From NCBI GenBank assembly GCA_025999215.1, contig AP024679.1:779916-843915 (forward strand): a DNA stretch of 64,000 nt. Direction: 5' to 3'. The notes beneath the pieces were generated by a model. It did no database searches. It saw nothing but the letters and a program-made list of their open reading frames with translations, and was not told where the DNA came from. A program made the position numbers and the translations under genes. The DNA is from Candidatus Dojkabacteria bacterium. Lineage in GTDB: Bacteria; Patescibacteriota; Dojkabacteria; J137. This document shows, piece after piece, positions 19,259-29,277 of this stretch (positions are counted from its first letter, which is position 1; each line of letters starts with the position of its first letter).

Positions 19259-20102
19259 AGACTATTTTACCATCAAGTGTTCTAAGTTGCTCTAATGCTT
19301 TTTGCGCTTCATCTTTGTTTGGTGGTTTACCATGCCATTCTGGTTTAAACTCCATAAAATCTACTCCTTTTCCAGGTATTGTATGAGCAATTATACAAAC
19401 CGGCTTTTCAAATATAGCTCTCGCTTTATGGCATGCATCAATAAATTCTTCTATATTGTGTCCATCAATTTCTATCACATGCCAATTAAATGCTTCATAT
19501 TTTTCTTTTAATGAGTCAAGAGGCATTACTTTTTCAGTATAACCATCAATTTGAATGTTGTTTCTATCGACTATAACTGTTAAGTTGTTTAATTTTTCTT
19601 TTGAAGCTAACATTATGGCCTCCCAAGTTTGACCTTCGTCATGCTCGCCATCACTTGTAATACAAAACACTCTGTAGGTTTTTTTATCCATCCTGCCTGC
19701 CAAAGCACTACCAACTGCTTGAGATAAACCCTGACCCAGTGGACCGCTAGTATTTTCAACTCCAGGGGTATCTAGCCTGTTGGGATGTCCTTGTAATCTA
19801 GAATTTAATTTTCTTAAAGTTAAAAGTTCTGCATTAGGAAAAAATCCCGCATGCGAAAGTGTTACATACCAAACAGGAGCAACGTGACCATTTGAAACAA
19901 AAAGTCTGTCTCTGTCTTCCCATTTTGGATTTGAGCTATCATAATTTAGAATTCTAAAATAAAGCGCTGAAAAAATATCTGCCAACCCAAGTGGACCTGC
20001 TGAGTGTCCAGAGCCAGCATTTTCCAAAGTTAAAATTATATCTTTTCTGATTTGATTAGCTTTCTGATACAGCTGATTTATGGTTAGATTTTGTTTATTC
20101 AT
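19251..20102 (-). CDS. Transketolase, N-terminal (thiamine pyrophosphate-binding) subunit
   Basis: 283 aa; GHSAGPLG..., GDGE...G motif. Confidence 0.85.
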   Translation of the reverse strand: MNKQNLTINQLYQKANQIRKDIILTLENAGSGHSAGPLGLADIFSALYFRILNYDSSNPKWEDRDRLFVSNGHVAPVWYVTLSHAGFFPNAELLTLRKLNSRLQGHPNRLDTPGVENTSGPLGQGLSQAVGSALAGRMDKKTYRVFCITSDGEHDEGQTWEAIMLASKEKLNNLTVIVDRNNIQIDGYTEKVMPLDSLKEKYEAFNWHVIEIDGHNIEEFIDACHKARAIFEKPVCIIAHTIPGKGVDFMEFKPEWHGKPPNKDEAQKALEQLRTLDGKIVYD

Positions 20103-20103
20103 T

Positions 20104-20748
20104 TTAAAAAATTACTGATGATGACTCTGAAAAATTATAAGCTCCTCTGGTGATGATTCCAAAATCCTCTAATGGAAAAAATCTTAAAAAAGCTTTTCCT
20201 TTGATCCAACTTCTTGCGATTAATCCTATTGATCTTGAGTCTCTACTTACAACTCTATTGTCCCCTGCAACAAAATATGTGTTATTTTCAACCAATACAC
20301 TCTCTCCTCCATCTTCTAAAAAAGCTCCTCCGCTTGTATAAGTAGATGGTGGCAAGTATTCTTCATTTAGTTTTTTGTTGTCAATATAAAAAAACCCTTC
20401 TCTCAAAGCTATTCTTTCACCGGGCAGTGCTATAATCCTTTTAATAATCGCTTTTTGTTCAGATGGAGCTTGAAAAATTATTACATCGCCTCTTCCATAA
20501 TTCAAGCCTAAAGTCTTCCCAAAGTCTGTGTGACCAATCCACTGACTTAACTTGTTTGTAAATAATATTTGTCCATCTTCAAAGTTTGGAAGCATTGAAG
20601 GACCATCAACTTGATTTGGTGTTATTACAAACAGGTAAAGCACTATAAACACTGACGTAGCCACAACGATTGTCTGTAGAAATCCCAAAATCGGATGTTT
20701 TTTATCATAGCTTACCGGTTCAAAAAATGGGTTTGCTTCTTCTGGCAT
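20104..20748 (-). CDS. lepB: Signal peptidase I
   Basis: GPSMLPNF (Ser box); GDNRVVSRDSR; 214 aa. Confidence 0.85.
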   Translation of the reverse strand: MPEEANPFFEPVSYDKKHPILGFLQTIVVATSVFIVLYLFVITPNQVDGPSMLPNFEDGQILFTNKLSQWIGHTDFGKTLGLNYGRGDVIIFQAPSEQKAIIKRIIALPGERIALREGFFYIDNKKLNEEYLPPSTYTSGGAFLEDGGESVLVENNTYFVAGDNRVVSRDSRSIGLIARSWIKGKAFLRFFPLEDFGIITRGAYNFSESSSVIF

Positions 20749-20791
20749 AACAATTTAATCAAAAGCTTAAACTTAAATATTTTTAAAAATT

Positions 20792-21328
20792 TTATTCTAC
20801 AATTTCTAACAACTCTACATCAAAAATCAGATCCGTGTTTGGAGGTATCAACTCTCCTGCGTCAGATTCACCATAAGCTAAACTGCTAGGAATTTTTAAT
20901 CGTCTTATCTCTCCAACTTTCATACCCAAAACTCCTTGTGACCATCCATCAATTACCCCACTCCCAACTCTAAAAGTAAATCCTTCATCACCTCTATCAA
21001 AAGATTGGTCAAAAACTACACCATCATTAGCTCTCCAACCAATGTAATTAACTCGAATTAAATTTCCTTGTCGAACTTGAGTTTTAGCACCTTCAATAGA
21101 TTCAATTAAGGTCTCTTTTTGTAATGATTCTATTGGCTCAGAAATAGTCTCCTTTTCATCATTTATCATTTGTTTTAATCGGCTTGATGAAAGTGTTACG
21201 CTTTCATAATCTTCATTTCTAGTTCTCATTAAATCCCTTCTATATGAAAAATTAGATATAAAAACTACCATACCTAGAGTTATTAAAACTAAGGCTACTC
21301 CAAAGAAAAATCTGTAATTCATAAACAA
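20792..21328 (-). CDS. FKBP-type peptidyl-prolyl cis-trans isomerase, membrane-anchored
   Basis: N-terminal TM; GVVFDQSFDRGDE..FRVGSGVIDGW..G..VGE. Confidence 0.85.
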   Translation of the reverse strand: MFMNYRFFFGVALVLITLGMVVFISNFSYRRDLMRTRNEDYESVTLSSSRLKQMINDEKETISEPIESLQKETLIESIEGAKTQVRQGNLIRVNYIGWRANDGVVFDQSFDRGDEGFTFRVGSGVIDGWSQGVLGMKVGEIRRLKIPSSLAYGESDAGELIPPNTDLIFDVELLEIVE

Positions 21329-21385
21329 AATGCTAACTAATTAAATTCTAGCATATTTTAAAAAATTAATGTAAACTGAATAGTT

Positions 21386-21889
21386 ATGGTTGAAGCAAAA
21401 ACGCCACAAAGCGAAAAAAAAGACTCTGAAGTTGAACAGCTAGTAGAAAGTTTTTTTGAAAAAATACCCAATGAAAAAAAATATATAATAAGAAAACTAA
21501 ATATTGCTTTTAATTCACTTTTTGGTGAAAAAAATTCAAATTTTAACACCTTTTATGATTTATTTGAATTTTGGAAAAAAACTTTCAAAGATACTAGACT
21601 AAATATACCTTTTCCTGATAGTAAAATTAGCATTAATACCTCAGTTATTTTAACTAATAGATTAAGAATTTTCTTATTTATATTTTATTACTTAGTTGTA
21701 AGGAAAGATTGTACTATTTTAGAAAGTAGTGAATTTAAAGATGAATTAAAAAATTTATCTTCACTAATTATACTTTATGGTCTTAATCTTTCTTTAGATA
21801 TGTATTTTAATGAAAAAGATGGATCATCTATAAATAGTACTATACTTGAAATTTTAAATAAAATTTTTCCTTTAGATTTAGAAGCATAA
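21386..21889 (+). CDS. Hypothetical protein
   Basis: ORF only; immediately upstream of recO. Confidence 0.35.
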   Translation: MVEAKTPQSEKKDSEVEQLVESFFEKIPNEKKYIIRKLNIAFNSLFGEKNSNFNTFYDLFEFWKKTFKDTRLNIPFPDSKISINTSVILTNRLRIFLFIFYYLVVRKDCTILESSEFKDELKNLSSLIILYGLNLSLDMYFNEKDGSSINSTILEILNKIFPLDLEA

Positions 21890-21907
21890 GCTGATATACT
21901 TAGTAAT

Positions 21908-22621
21908 ATGAAAAGTATTTCAGGTATAATCATAAAAGTCCATGATTCTAATGAAGCCGACAAAATAGTTAAAATAATTACATCAAATGGTGATAAATTA
22001 TCTCTTCTTGCAAAAGGTGTAAAAAAAAGTAAAAGCAAGAAATCTCATGCAATTGAATTAGGCAACCATATAAAAATTCAAACAAACAATAAGTATAGTA
22101 TTCCGATAATAACAGAAATTAAAGTATTAAATGAACCTTTCCACTGGAAAGAATCCTATAGACGATTGATACTTCTTCAGTTGGCTTGCGAAATTTTAGA
22201 TTCTTTAACAGCTGAAGATTTGGAAGATCCCAGATTTTTTTTGTACACTAAACAATTTTTATACATGGAACATAGAAATTTTGATTTGAGCTTTGCAATT
22301 TGGATGCTTTACATGTTGAACGTTTCTGGAAATTTAGGAAATTTAAAAAATTCAGTTATTACAGAAAAAAACATAAAGTTAGAAAGTGTAGCTAAATTGA
22401 CAGATAAAATTGGCTACATTAATCTTAATGAGTCTGAGTTTTCACAAAAAATTGATGCGAAAATCATCAAATCTCAATTATTTGCTTTAAAAACAAATTT
22501 ATATTCGGCCAGTAGAATTAAACTTGACGAAGAGCTAACATCAAAACTTTTTGATATTCACTTAGATTGGATCGAAATTGCAATTGAAAAACAACTTAAA
22601 AGTAAAAAGTTATTGTACTAG
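21908..22621 (+). CDS. recO: DNA repair protein RecO
   Basis: N-terminal OB fold GIIIKVHDSNEADKIVKIITSNGDKLSLLAKGVKKSKSK; 237 aa. Confidence 0.65.
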   Translation: MKSISGIIIKVHDSNEADKIVKIITSNGDKLSLLAKGVKKSKSKKSHAIELGNHIKIQTNNKYSIPIITEIKVLNEPFHWKESYRRLILLQLACEILDSLTAEDLEDPRFFLYTKQFLYMEHRNFDLSFAIWMLYMLNVSGNLGNLKNSVITEKNIKLESVAKLTDKIGYINLNESEFSQKIDAKIIKSQLFALKTNLYSASRIKLDEELTSKLFDIHLDWIEIAIEKQLKSKKLLY

Positions 22622-23385
22622 AAAAGCTCTGATACCCAAAATTTAAAATAATTAAGCATTTCGTTTCTATTTACGATTTCAACAATTTCATATTCAATTG
22701 TTACATCTTGATATTCAATTTTAATCTCAAAATTTTCTTCTAAACTTTTGTATTTTTGTTGAACAACAAAAGTATAAATTAGTGGATTTCTTGATTTCAA
22801 AATAATTTTTGTTATTTTATTTCCATTTTGTTTAAAATAAATATCAAACACTGGTTCAAATTCCACATTTAAATTTTTTATTTCACCGTCCTTAAAGCTT
22901 TTTAAAACATCATTTCTCAACTCATTTTCTAAAACTTCCAAACTCTCGATTTCTACCCTAACATCAAGAATTATATAGCCATCACTTTCAAGTAAAACGT
23001 GATTTTTGTCAAGCAAATTTGCCCATTCATTATAAAATCCAAGCCCAAGTTCTTTTTCCCAGTTATTTTTAGAAAGATTACTATATAAGTTATTTAGATT
23101 TTTTTTGCTTAAAATATCCGAAGATTTGGTGAAATAAGTCAAATACTGAAATTCATCTGAGTTGAAAAGCTCACTATTAGTTATCACCAACCTTTTTCCA
23201 TTAACTTTTTTTAAAATGATTAAATTTTCAACACCTCTAAGCTCAAGTATTTGATTCATTGTAAACAAGATATTATTAGAATACTTTAAGCTCACAAAAA
23301 CGTAAGTAGACAGCATAGACGCCATAAAAAGGCACACCACAACAAAGCACACGAAATACCAACTATTCAAAATTTTAGTCTTCAA
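22618..23385 (-). CDS. Hypothetical signal-anchored membrane protein
   Basis: N-terminal TM; ORF only. Confidence 0.4.
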   Translation of the reverse strand: MKTKILNSWYFVCFVVVCLFMASMLSTYVFVSLKYSNNILFTMNQILELRGVENLIILKKVNGKRLVITNSELFNSDEFQYLTYFTKSSDILSKKNLNNLYSNLSKNNWEKELGLGFYNEWANLLDKNHVLLESDGYIILDVRVEIESLEVLENELRNDVLKSFKDGEIKNLNVEFEPVFDIYFKQNGNKITKIILKSRNPLIYTFVVQQKYKSLEENFEIKIEYQDVTIEYEIVEIVNRNEMLNYFKFWVSELF

Positions 23386-23390
23386 CTTTC

Positions 23391-24689
23391 CTAATCCCTA
23401 ATTTGTAAACTTATCAATTGAGTTTTGCCTTCGTAACTTTCTTGAGCAAGTAATTTGAAATCTGCTTTGTTTTTCAGCATAACCTTAAATGTAGCCTTTC
23501 CATTTTCGTAAGACTCTAATTCAAAGTACTGAAAATTTGCGCCAGCCATGTTAATTGTTTGAGCAATATCTTCAGCAGTTACTCTGGTTAACTTAGCATC
23601 AGGGCTAGCTTGCAAATTCTCTACAGTCCATAAAATATAATTTTGTCCGTTCTCTGTAACTAGTTCTGCATAAGAATTTGGTGTATTTTCTTCACCAGTT
23701 AGCCCATATTGCCCTATGCTAAATTCAAAGAATGATCCTTCATCATAAAAATAATAAGTGTTAAGATAAATTTTATTTTCCTGAAGTTCTGTATTTACAA
23801 TATATTGCTTTTTTTGTGAAAATTCATTGGTAAAGTTATTTTCGTCAAAACTTAAATCATCTTCATTTGGATCAAGCATATTGCTTTCATCGTCAAAAGA
23901 ATCACTATCCTCATCTTCTTCAACATTACTATCAACTGGCTCATCCATAGAGTTTTGTGGTGATTCAATGTTAAGCTCTGATTCAGTTGCAAAATCTATT
24001 ATTAAATCTACTCCTGAAACTTTTACTCTATAAAATATTTCGTCAATCATTTGCAATTGAAACGAATTTTCAACATCATCAAAGAAAATGTTACTTAAAG
24101 TTGTGCCCACACTAGCACCTTGTTTCAAACCTTCAGCCACTGTTACTCCTTGAGGCAATTTAATTGTTAATAGTCTCTTTGTTGTGTCAAGTGTTACCTC
24201 AGTTTTGGGTGTTTGTGTAGCATCAATTCTCAATATAACCCTATTAAAAGTTTCATAATTTCTATATTCGACTTCATTAACCGCTCCGCTATTACTTTGA
24301 ATTCCAACAGTAGTTAAACTTGCATCAGTTAAATCTTCTTTACTCGGAACATCAACTGCTGTTGAATTTAAAAGTTCTGCAGTATTAATGTCATATGCGC
24401 TTACTTCTTGCTTAGTGTCACTTGTTTCATTGTCAATATTGTTTGTTTCATTCTCCGAAATCAATCTCTGAATCCCAAAAGCAGCCCCTGCCCCCAACAC
24501 AACAACCACAAGAAAGTAAACCAAAATTCTAACTGAATTTCCATCGTTTTCATTTTGTTTTCTCTCACTAAACCTAACTTGATCTAATTTTTCTGGATGA
24601 ACTGTACTTTTAATGCCATCAACTGAGTTTGAACCATTTTGTAAAAGTGGGGAAGCTCCTATTTCGTTATTTTTTTTCATTGATTTCAA
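23391..24689 (-). CDS. Hypothetical bitopic membrane protein with an acidic extracellular region
   Basis: Cytoplasmic N-terminus, one TM (ILVYFLVVVVLGAGAAFGI), D/E-rich segment. Confidence 0.45.
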   Translation of the reverse strand: MKSMKKNNEIGASPLLQNGSNSVDGIKSTVHPEKLDQVRFSERKQNENDGNSVRILVYFLVVVVLGAGAAFGIQRLISENETNNIDNETSDTKQEVSAYDINTAELLNSTAVDVPSKEDLTDASLTTVGIQSNSGAVNEVEYRNYETFNRVILRIDATQTPKTEVTLDTTKRLLTIKLPQGVTVAEGLKQGASVGTTLSNIFFDDVENSFQLQMIDEIFYRVKVSGVDLIIDFATESELNIESPQNSMDEPVDSNVEEDEDSDSFDDESNMLDPNEDDLSFDENNFTNEFSQKKQYIVNTELQENKIYLNTYYFYDEGSFFEFSIGQYGLTGEENTPNSYAELVTENGQNYILWTVENLQASPDAKLTRVTAEDIAQTINMAGANFQYFELESYENGKATFKVMLKNKADFKLLAQESYEGKTQLISLQIRD

Positions 24690-24764
24690 AGATAAAATTT
24701 AAAAACTATATTTAACTAACTATTACCAGTGTAATATATTTATTTTTCAAAAGCAATAAAATTG

Positions 24765-25544
24765 TTATTTCAGTTTTCCATTAACCATCTCATGTTCAAA
24801 ATCTAGATTCAAAAATTCTTTTACTCTATCGTAATGAGTAATGATTATAAAAGCTGTTTTAGGATTTTGTTTATGGAATAAAGATAAACCCTTAAATACA
24901 TCTTGGACAGATTCTTTATCTAATCCTGAATCAATTTCATCAAGTAAAACATATCGTGGTTCACAAACCAACATCTGCAAAATTTCTGTTTTCTTTTTTT
25001 CACCTCCACTAAAACCTTCGTTTAAATTCCTCTTTAACAAATGTTCGGGGTAATTAATTAGCCTAGCTCTCTCACTAACTAGTTGTTTAAACTTAAAAAA
25101 AGGCAATTTATCATTTTCTGATTTTCTTACATTATAAATCAAGCGTAAATACTGCATTAAATTAACTCCAGGAATCTCTACCGGATATTGGTTTGCTAAA
25201 AAAACACCTACTAGAGATCTTTCGCTAGGTTCTGCTTCAGTTAAATCAACATCATACTTGCCGTTTGGATTTTTCCTTATAATATAATCTTCTTGGTCTA
25301 AATCTGGAGGACACAACGATTCAACTATGTGCTCAGGATAATCTTCATCAACTATTTCAATCTTACCATCTAAAACTTCAAACTGTGGATTCCCCATGAT
25401 CGTGTTGACTAATGTAGATTTACCACTTCCATTCCTCCCGTTTAAAATATGTATTTCACCAGGATTTACTTCTAAATTAACATCATGAAGGATTATATTT
25501 TCACCCTCACTCAATTTTACTTTTAAGTTTGAAATTTTTAGCAT
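24765..25544 (-). CDS. sufC: Fe-S cluster assembly ATPase SufC with an approximately 45-aa insertion
   Basis: GRNGSGKSTL, FQYPVEIPGV, GFSGGEKKK, ILQM, LDEIDSGLD, IIITHY. Confidence 0.8.
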   Translation of the reverse strand: MLKISNLKVKLSEGENIILHDVNLEVNPGEIHILNGRNGSGKSTLVNTIMGNPQFEVLDGKIEIVDEDYPEHIVESLCPPDLDQEDYIIRKNPNGKYDVDLTEAEPSERSLVGVFLANQYPVEIPGVNLMQYLRLIYNVRKSENDKLPFFKFKQLVSERARLINYPEHLLKRNLNEGFSGGEKKKTEILQMLVCEPRYVLLDEIDSGLDKESVQDVFKGLSLFHKQNPKTAFIIITHYDRVKEFLNLDFEHEMVNGKLK

Positions 25545-25575
25545 AATTTAATTATACATAATTTAAAAATTTAGT

Positions 25576-26460
25576 CTAACAAAAGTCCTTTGGTAGCATT
25601 GATTCTAGTGCAAGTTTTTCACCATTCATTTTTATCAAAGTAATTTTGTGGGCATGTAGCATTAATCTTTTGAATGGCTTGCCACCATACAAAGTATCTC
25701 CGACTATTGGAAACCCTAAGTAAGCTAAATGGCTTCTTATTTGGTGAGTTCTACCTGTAAGAGGTTTTGCCAAAACTAAGGAGTAACCATTTGAAAATTC
25801 TATAAACTCAAAAGTAGTAACTGCTTTTTCACCTTTATCTTTGCTCACTTCATAACTTTTACTTTTAGAATCATTTTTTTTGAAATATTTTAAATAGTTT
25901 CTTACAGTTATTGAAGGATTATTATCTAAAATTCTTCGAAAATCACCTTTCACAACGGCCAAGTATTCCTTTTTAACTTTGTTTTGAGCAAATAAATCAG
26001 AATAGTAGTTGTGAGCTTTCAAATTTTTGGTTGCCAAAATGATTCCAGAAGTATCTTTATCCAAACGATGTAGCAGTCTAATTCTTTGATATTTTTTATC
26101 TTTCAAAAGAAATAATATTCCGTTTAAAACTGTGATTGAGTGATGGGTAGAATCTGGGTGTGATACTATCCCTGCTGGTTTATCTACAGCAATTATATTT
26201 TTATCCTCGTAAATTACTTTTAAATTTAGTTTTACAGGGTTAATTTTATTTTTTGTAAGCTTTTTTGTACTTATATTTTTAAGTGTAATGAAATCACCTG
26301 CTTTAACCTTAGAATTAGGTTTCACTTTTTCATCATTCAGAAGTATTGCTCCATCATAAATTAAATTTTTGATTGTGCTTCTCGAATATTGAGGAAAAAG
26401 TTTCATTGCCTCCAAGTCTAGTCTATTTGGTTTTGAATTTTTAATTTGAAATTTTTTCAT
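25576..26460 (-). CDS. RluA-family pseudouridine synthase (RluD-like) with an S4 domain
   Basis: HRLDKDTSG motif; N-terminal S4-like segment. Confidence 0.8.
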   Translation of the reverse strand: MKKFQIKNSKPNRLDLEAMKLFPQYSRSTIKNLIYDGAILLNDEKVKPNSKVKAGDFITLKNISTKKLTKNKINPVKLNLKVIYEDKNIIAVDKPAGIVSHPDSTHHSITVLNGILFLLKDKKYQRIRLLHRLDKDTSGIILATKNLKAHNYYSDLFAQNKVKKEYLAVVKGDFRRILDNNPSITVRNYLKYFKKNDSKSKSYEVSKDKGEKAVTTFEFIEFSNGYSLVLAKPLTGRTHQIRSHLAYLGFPIVGDTLYGGKPFKRLMLHAHKITLIKMNGEKLALESMLPKDFC

Positions 26461-26510
26461 TGATTAATTTTATCATTTAGTTTTTTAATTTAGTGTAGTA
26501 TAATCAAAAT

Positions 26511-27257
26511 ATGAAGATAACGGTATCGGGTTGGCCTGGCGCAGGAAGCTCAACGCTTACTCTTTTGCTAGCATTTATTTATGAGTTTGAACTTTATCAA
26601 GGAGGAGGAGTGTTTAGGTATCTTTTTGAAAAGTTAGACTTGGGAGAATTTGGATTAGAAAGAATCCAGGCTCAAGAAATGATTCAACCAACTTTTGGAA
26701 AAATCTATGACCAATACATAGACTCCCTTTTGACAAATGCAAATTTCCAAAATTTGATTATTGAGAGCGATATTGCAAGTTTTCGGATTGGTAAAAGGGC
26801 TGATGTGGTTTCAATTTTTTTGAAAGCAGATATAAATACAAGAATTTCAAGAACGCAAGTTGATGGTCGCCCTGCTGATGGTGAAGTGATGAAAGAAATT
26901 GATCTAAGTCACGAAAATGAATATAAAAAACTTCATAACATAAATTTTTACAACGAAGAAGAAATAGATAAAAAACACAGACTGGTTATAGATAATTCTG
27001 ACCTAACGATTGCAGAAGAAATGGAAAAAATTGTTGAGTTTGTCTCAAGAGAATATAGGATTGTTCCACAAATAGATGATTTTGCAGCTCTTGAAAACGA
27101 ATTTTGGAGCAAGGGGAAAAATTATTTTAAAGAAGTTTTAGCTCAAAAAAATTTAATTCCCAAACCAGATACTATTCTCAAAGATATTAAAAACAAATTT
27201 AGAAAAGATGTTGAAAGTTTACCAGAGTTTTTGCAGGAAGTTTTTTCGAAATTATGA
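26511..27257 (+). CDS. P-loop kinase, cytidylate-kinase-like (Cytidylate_kin2-type)
   Basis: MKITVSGWPGAGSSTL...GGGVFR. Confidence 0.45.
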   Translation: MKITVSGWPGAGSSTLTLLLAFIYEFELYQGGGVFRYLFEKLDLGEFGLERIQAQEMIQPTFGKIYDQYIDSLLTNANFQNLIIESDIASFRIGKRADVVSIFLKADINTRISRTQVDGRPADGEVMKEIDLSHENEYKKLHNINFYNEEEIDKKHRLVIDNSDLTIAEEMEKIVEFVSREYRIVPQIDDFAALENEFWSKGKNYFKEVLAQKNLIPKPDTILKDIKNKFRKDVESLPEFLQEVFSKL

Positions 27258-27310
27258 TATAATTATATCTAGTTACCCCCAATATTATTATTAAAAGTTA
27301 ATTTGTATAT

Positions 27311-27793
27311 ATGAGAAAAAACGAACAACAAAACATTACCATAGCCATAATATTCGGTTTAATTACATTTTTGGGAGTTTTGGCTTATCTTTTTATAAAA
27401 GGTGACGCTGAAATCGTAGTTATTAGAACAAATGCAAATATCGAAAATGAATTTGTTGATAATTATATAAACGCATCTGATAGCAAATATGGTGATAAAT
27501 TTATTGAAGATAGCACAAAAGAAGGTAAAAGTGTTATATATTTCTCTTCTAAATGGTGCGGTATTTGTAATGCCTTTAAAAATTCCTTTTACGTTGAATT
27601 TGAAGAAAAGGCACAAACTAAAATAAATTTGATTGAAGCAGATATTAACATTAATTCGTTATCTAGCCAAAAATTCGAAGTAGGCGATGTTCCAACAGTT
27701 GTGTTTATTGAAGATGGAGTTGTTATAAAAAAATATGAAAATTTCAAACTTGATCAGATTCCAGCTATAGTTGCTGAAGTTTTAGAAAACTAA
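27311..27793 (+). CDS. Membrane-anchored thioredoxin-fold protein
   Basis: N-terminal TM; WCGICNAF CxxC motif. Confidence 0.6.
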   Translation: MRKNEQQNITIAIIFGLITFLGVLAYLFIKGDAEIVVIRTNANIENEFVDNYINASDSKYGDKFIEDSTKEGKSVIYFSSKWCGICNAFKNSFYVEFEEKAQTKINLIEADININSLSSQKFEVGDVPTVVFIEDGVVIKKYENFKLDQIPAIVAEVLEN

Positions 27794-27799
27794 AAGATT

Positions 27800-28465
27800 T
27801 TGTTGTACAATGTAGACATGGTAACTTTAACTTTTATCTGCGTTGTTTTGTTTTTGTCGCAACTAATTATTGGAATCAGAGTTTACTTTCAACAAAAAAA
27901 CATTCCATTCAAATTTAACTATCCACTAACAAAGTTACCCGATCCCGCAACTATTTTAGAAAATTATATGAAAATTTATAGAAAAATTGGGATTAAAGTC
28001 AATGCTAAAATTGACGCCCCTGCTCTAGCTAAAGAAGATTTTATTCTAGTTAAAAGAGACACAGTCTATGACAAAGACTTATTTACAAATTTTTATGTAC
28101 TTTTACAACTTGAACTAACAAAAAAAACTTATAATTTTTTAAGAAATTTAAAGTCAATTCAAAACATTCTTTTTTTTTCTAGCATTTTTTTATTTATTTT
28201 AGCTATTGGTTTCAATAATGAAATTCAAAAATTTTTATTAGCAACGACTTTAATACTACAAATTCTTACAATATTTGCTACTATCTTAGGCTACGAGTTA
28301 ATATCTATCGCCCTAGATGAAACTTATGAAGTTGCTAAAGATTTGCTAGATTTAGATGAACTAGAACAAGTTAGAACCCAAAAATTAATGAAAGATTTAA
28401 AATACATGGTGTTCGATTACCCGCTAGATATACCGTTGAAACTATTTTATTTTTTCTCTTTTTAA
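27800..28465 (+). CDS. Hypothetical polytopic membrane protein
   Basis: Several hydrophobic helices; ORF only. Confidence 0.4.
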   Translation: MLYNVDMVTLTFICVVLFLSQLIIGIRVYFQQKNIPFKFNYPLTKLPDPATILENYMKIYRKIGIKVNAKIDAPALAKEDFILVKRDTVYDKDLFTNFYVLLQLELTKKTYNFLRNLKSIQNILFFSSIFLFILAIGFNNEIQKFLLATTLILQILTIFATILGYELISIALDETYEVAKDLLDLDELEQVRTQKLMKDLKYMVFDYPLDIPLKLFYFFSF

Positions 28466-28470
28466 AAACA

Positions 28471-28821
28471 TCAATCAACTTCTTCATCAATCTCAATGTC
28501 GTTCATACCTGAATGTCCAGGAAAACCAAACTTGCCTTTAATTTGCTCCCAACCTTCCTTTGGTTCATTGTAAACCCATGTTAGCATTTTCTTTACAACT
28601 TTATTGTCATTTACAAAATTGTAATAATCACAAACGCCTTTGTAAGGGCAAACATAAGCTTTTTCTTCTACTTCAAGAAAGTTTTTATCAAATTTTAGTG
28701 CACTTGGGCTTACATAATAATTGCCATCAGCTTGAATAATATCCTCACCTAATATTCCACTAGCAACTAGCAATCTTTCTCCATTTTCAGGGTTTTTGAA
28801 ATAGAAACTTAATCTTTTCAT
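28471..28821 (-). CDS. DUF427-like protein
   Basis: CPYKG..DYY and W.YNEP motifs. Confidence 0.5.
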   Translation of the reverse strand: MKRLSFYFKNPENGERLLVASGILGEDIIQADGNYYVSPSALKFDKNFLEVEEKAYVCPYKGVCDYYNFVNDNKVVKKMLTWVYNEPKEGWEQIKGKFGFPGHSGMNDIEIDEEVD

Positions 28822-28847
28822 AAGATTTTCAAAAGTTATAAATTAAA

Positions 28848-29228
28848 TCAAGTCTATTCCCGTAAGCCGGATTCTGTTTTATAGAGTCATTTATCTATGC
28901 CCTTAAATAACAAGGTTGCTCCAGGCAGGGGTTGCCGTGCGTTCTGATGTCACCACCAGAACCGGTGCGCTCTTACCGACTCTAGCAAGCTAGAGCTCAG
29001 CCCAAAACTTAGGCTGACACCGTTTCACCATCTCCTTAGTTTTATCAAACTAAGGAAGTTTGCTTTCTGTTGCCCTTTTCTCCGTAAGCTCGCGCCCACC
29101 TCCTCTCTCAGTTTTTAAAACTGAGTTAAGAGTGCCTATCCCGTTCGAGATTCAACGGGACCGAAATGGAGTCCGGACTTTCCTCTTTCAAAAAACTTTT
29201 GAAAGCGACTCTTCAGAATAGACTCTTG
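28848..29228 (-). ncRNA. rnpB: RNase P RNA, bacterial type A
   Basis: Minus strand carries AGAGGAAAGUCCGGACUCC (P4 5' strand), GGUGAAACGGUG, GGUAAGAGCGCACC, and ACAGAAUCCGGCUUA (P4 3' strand). The 5' AAGAGUCUAUUC pairs with the 3' GAAUAGACUU to form P1. The region is non-coding and more GC-rich than its surroundings. Confidence 0.85.
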
Positions 29229-29277
29229 GAAAATTATAACACAAAGCAAAGCTTACCTACCAGAAACTTTAGAAATT

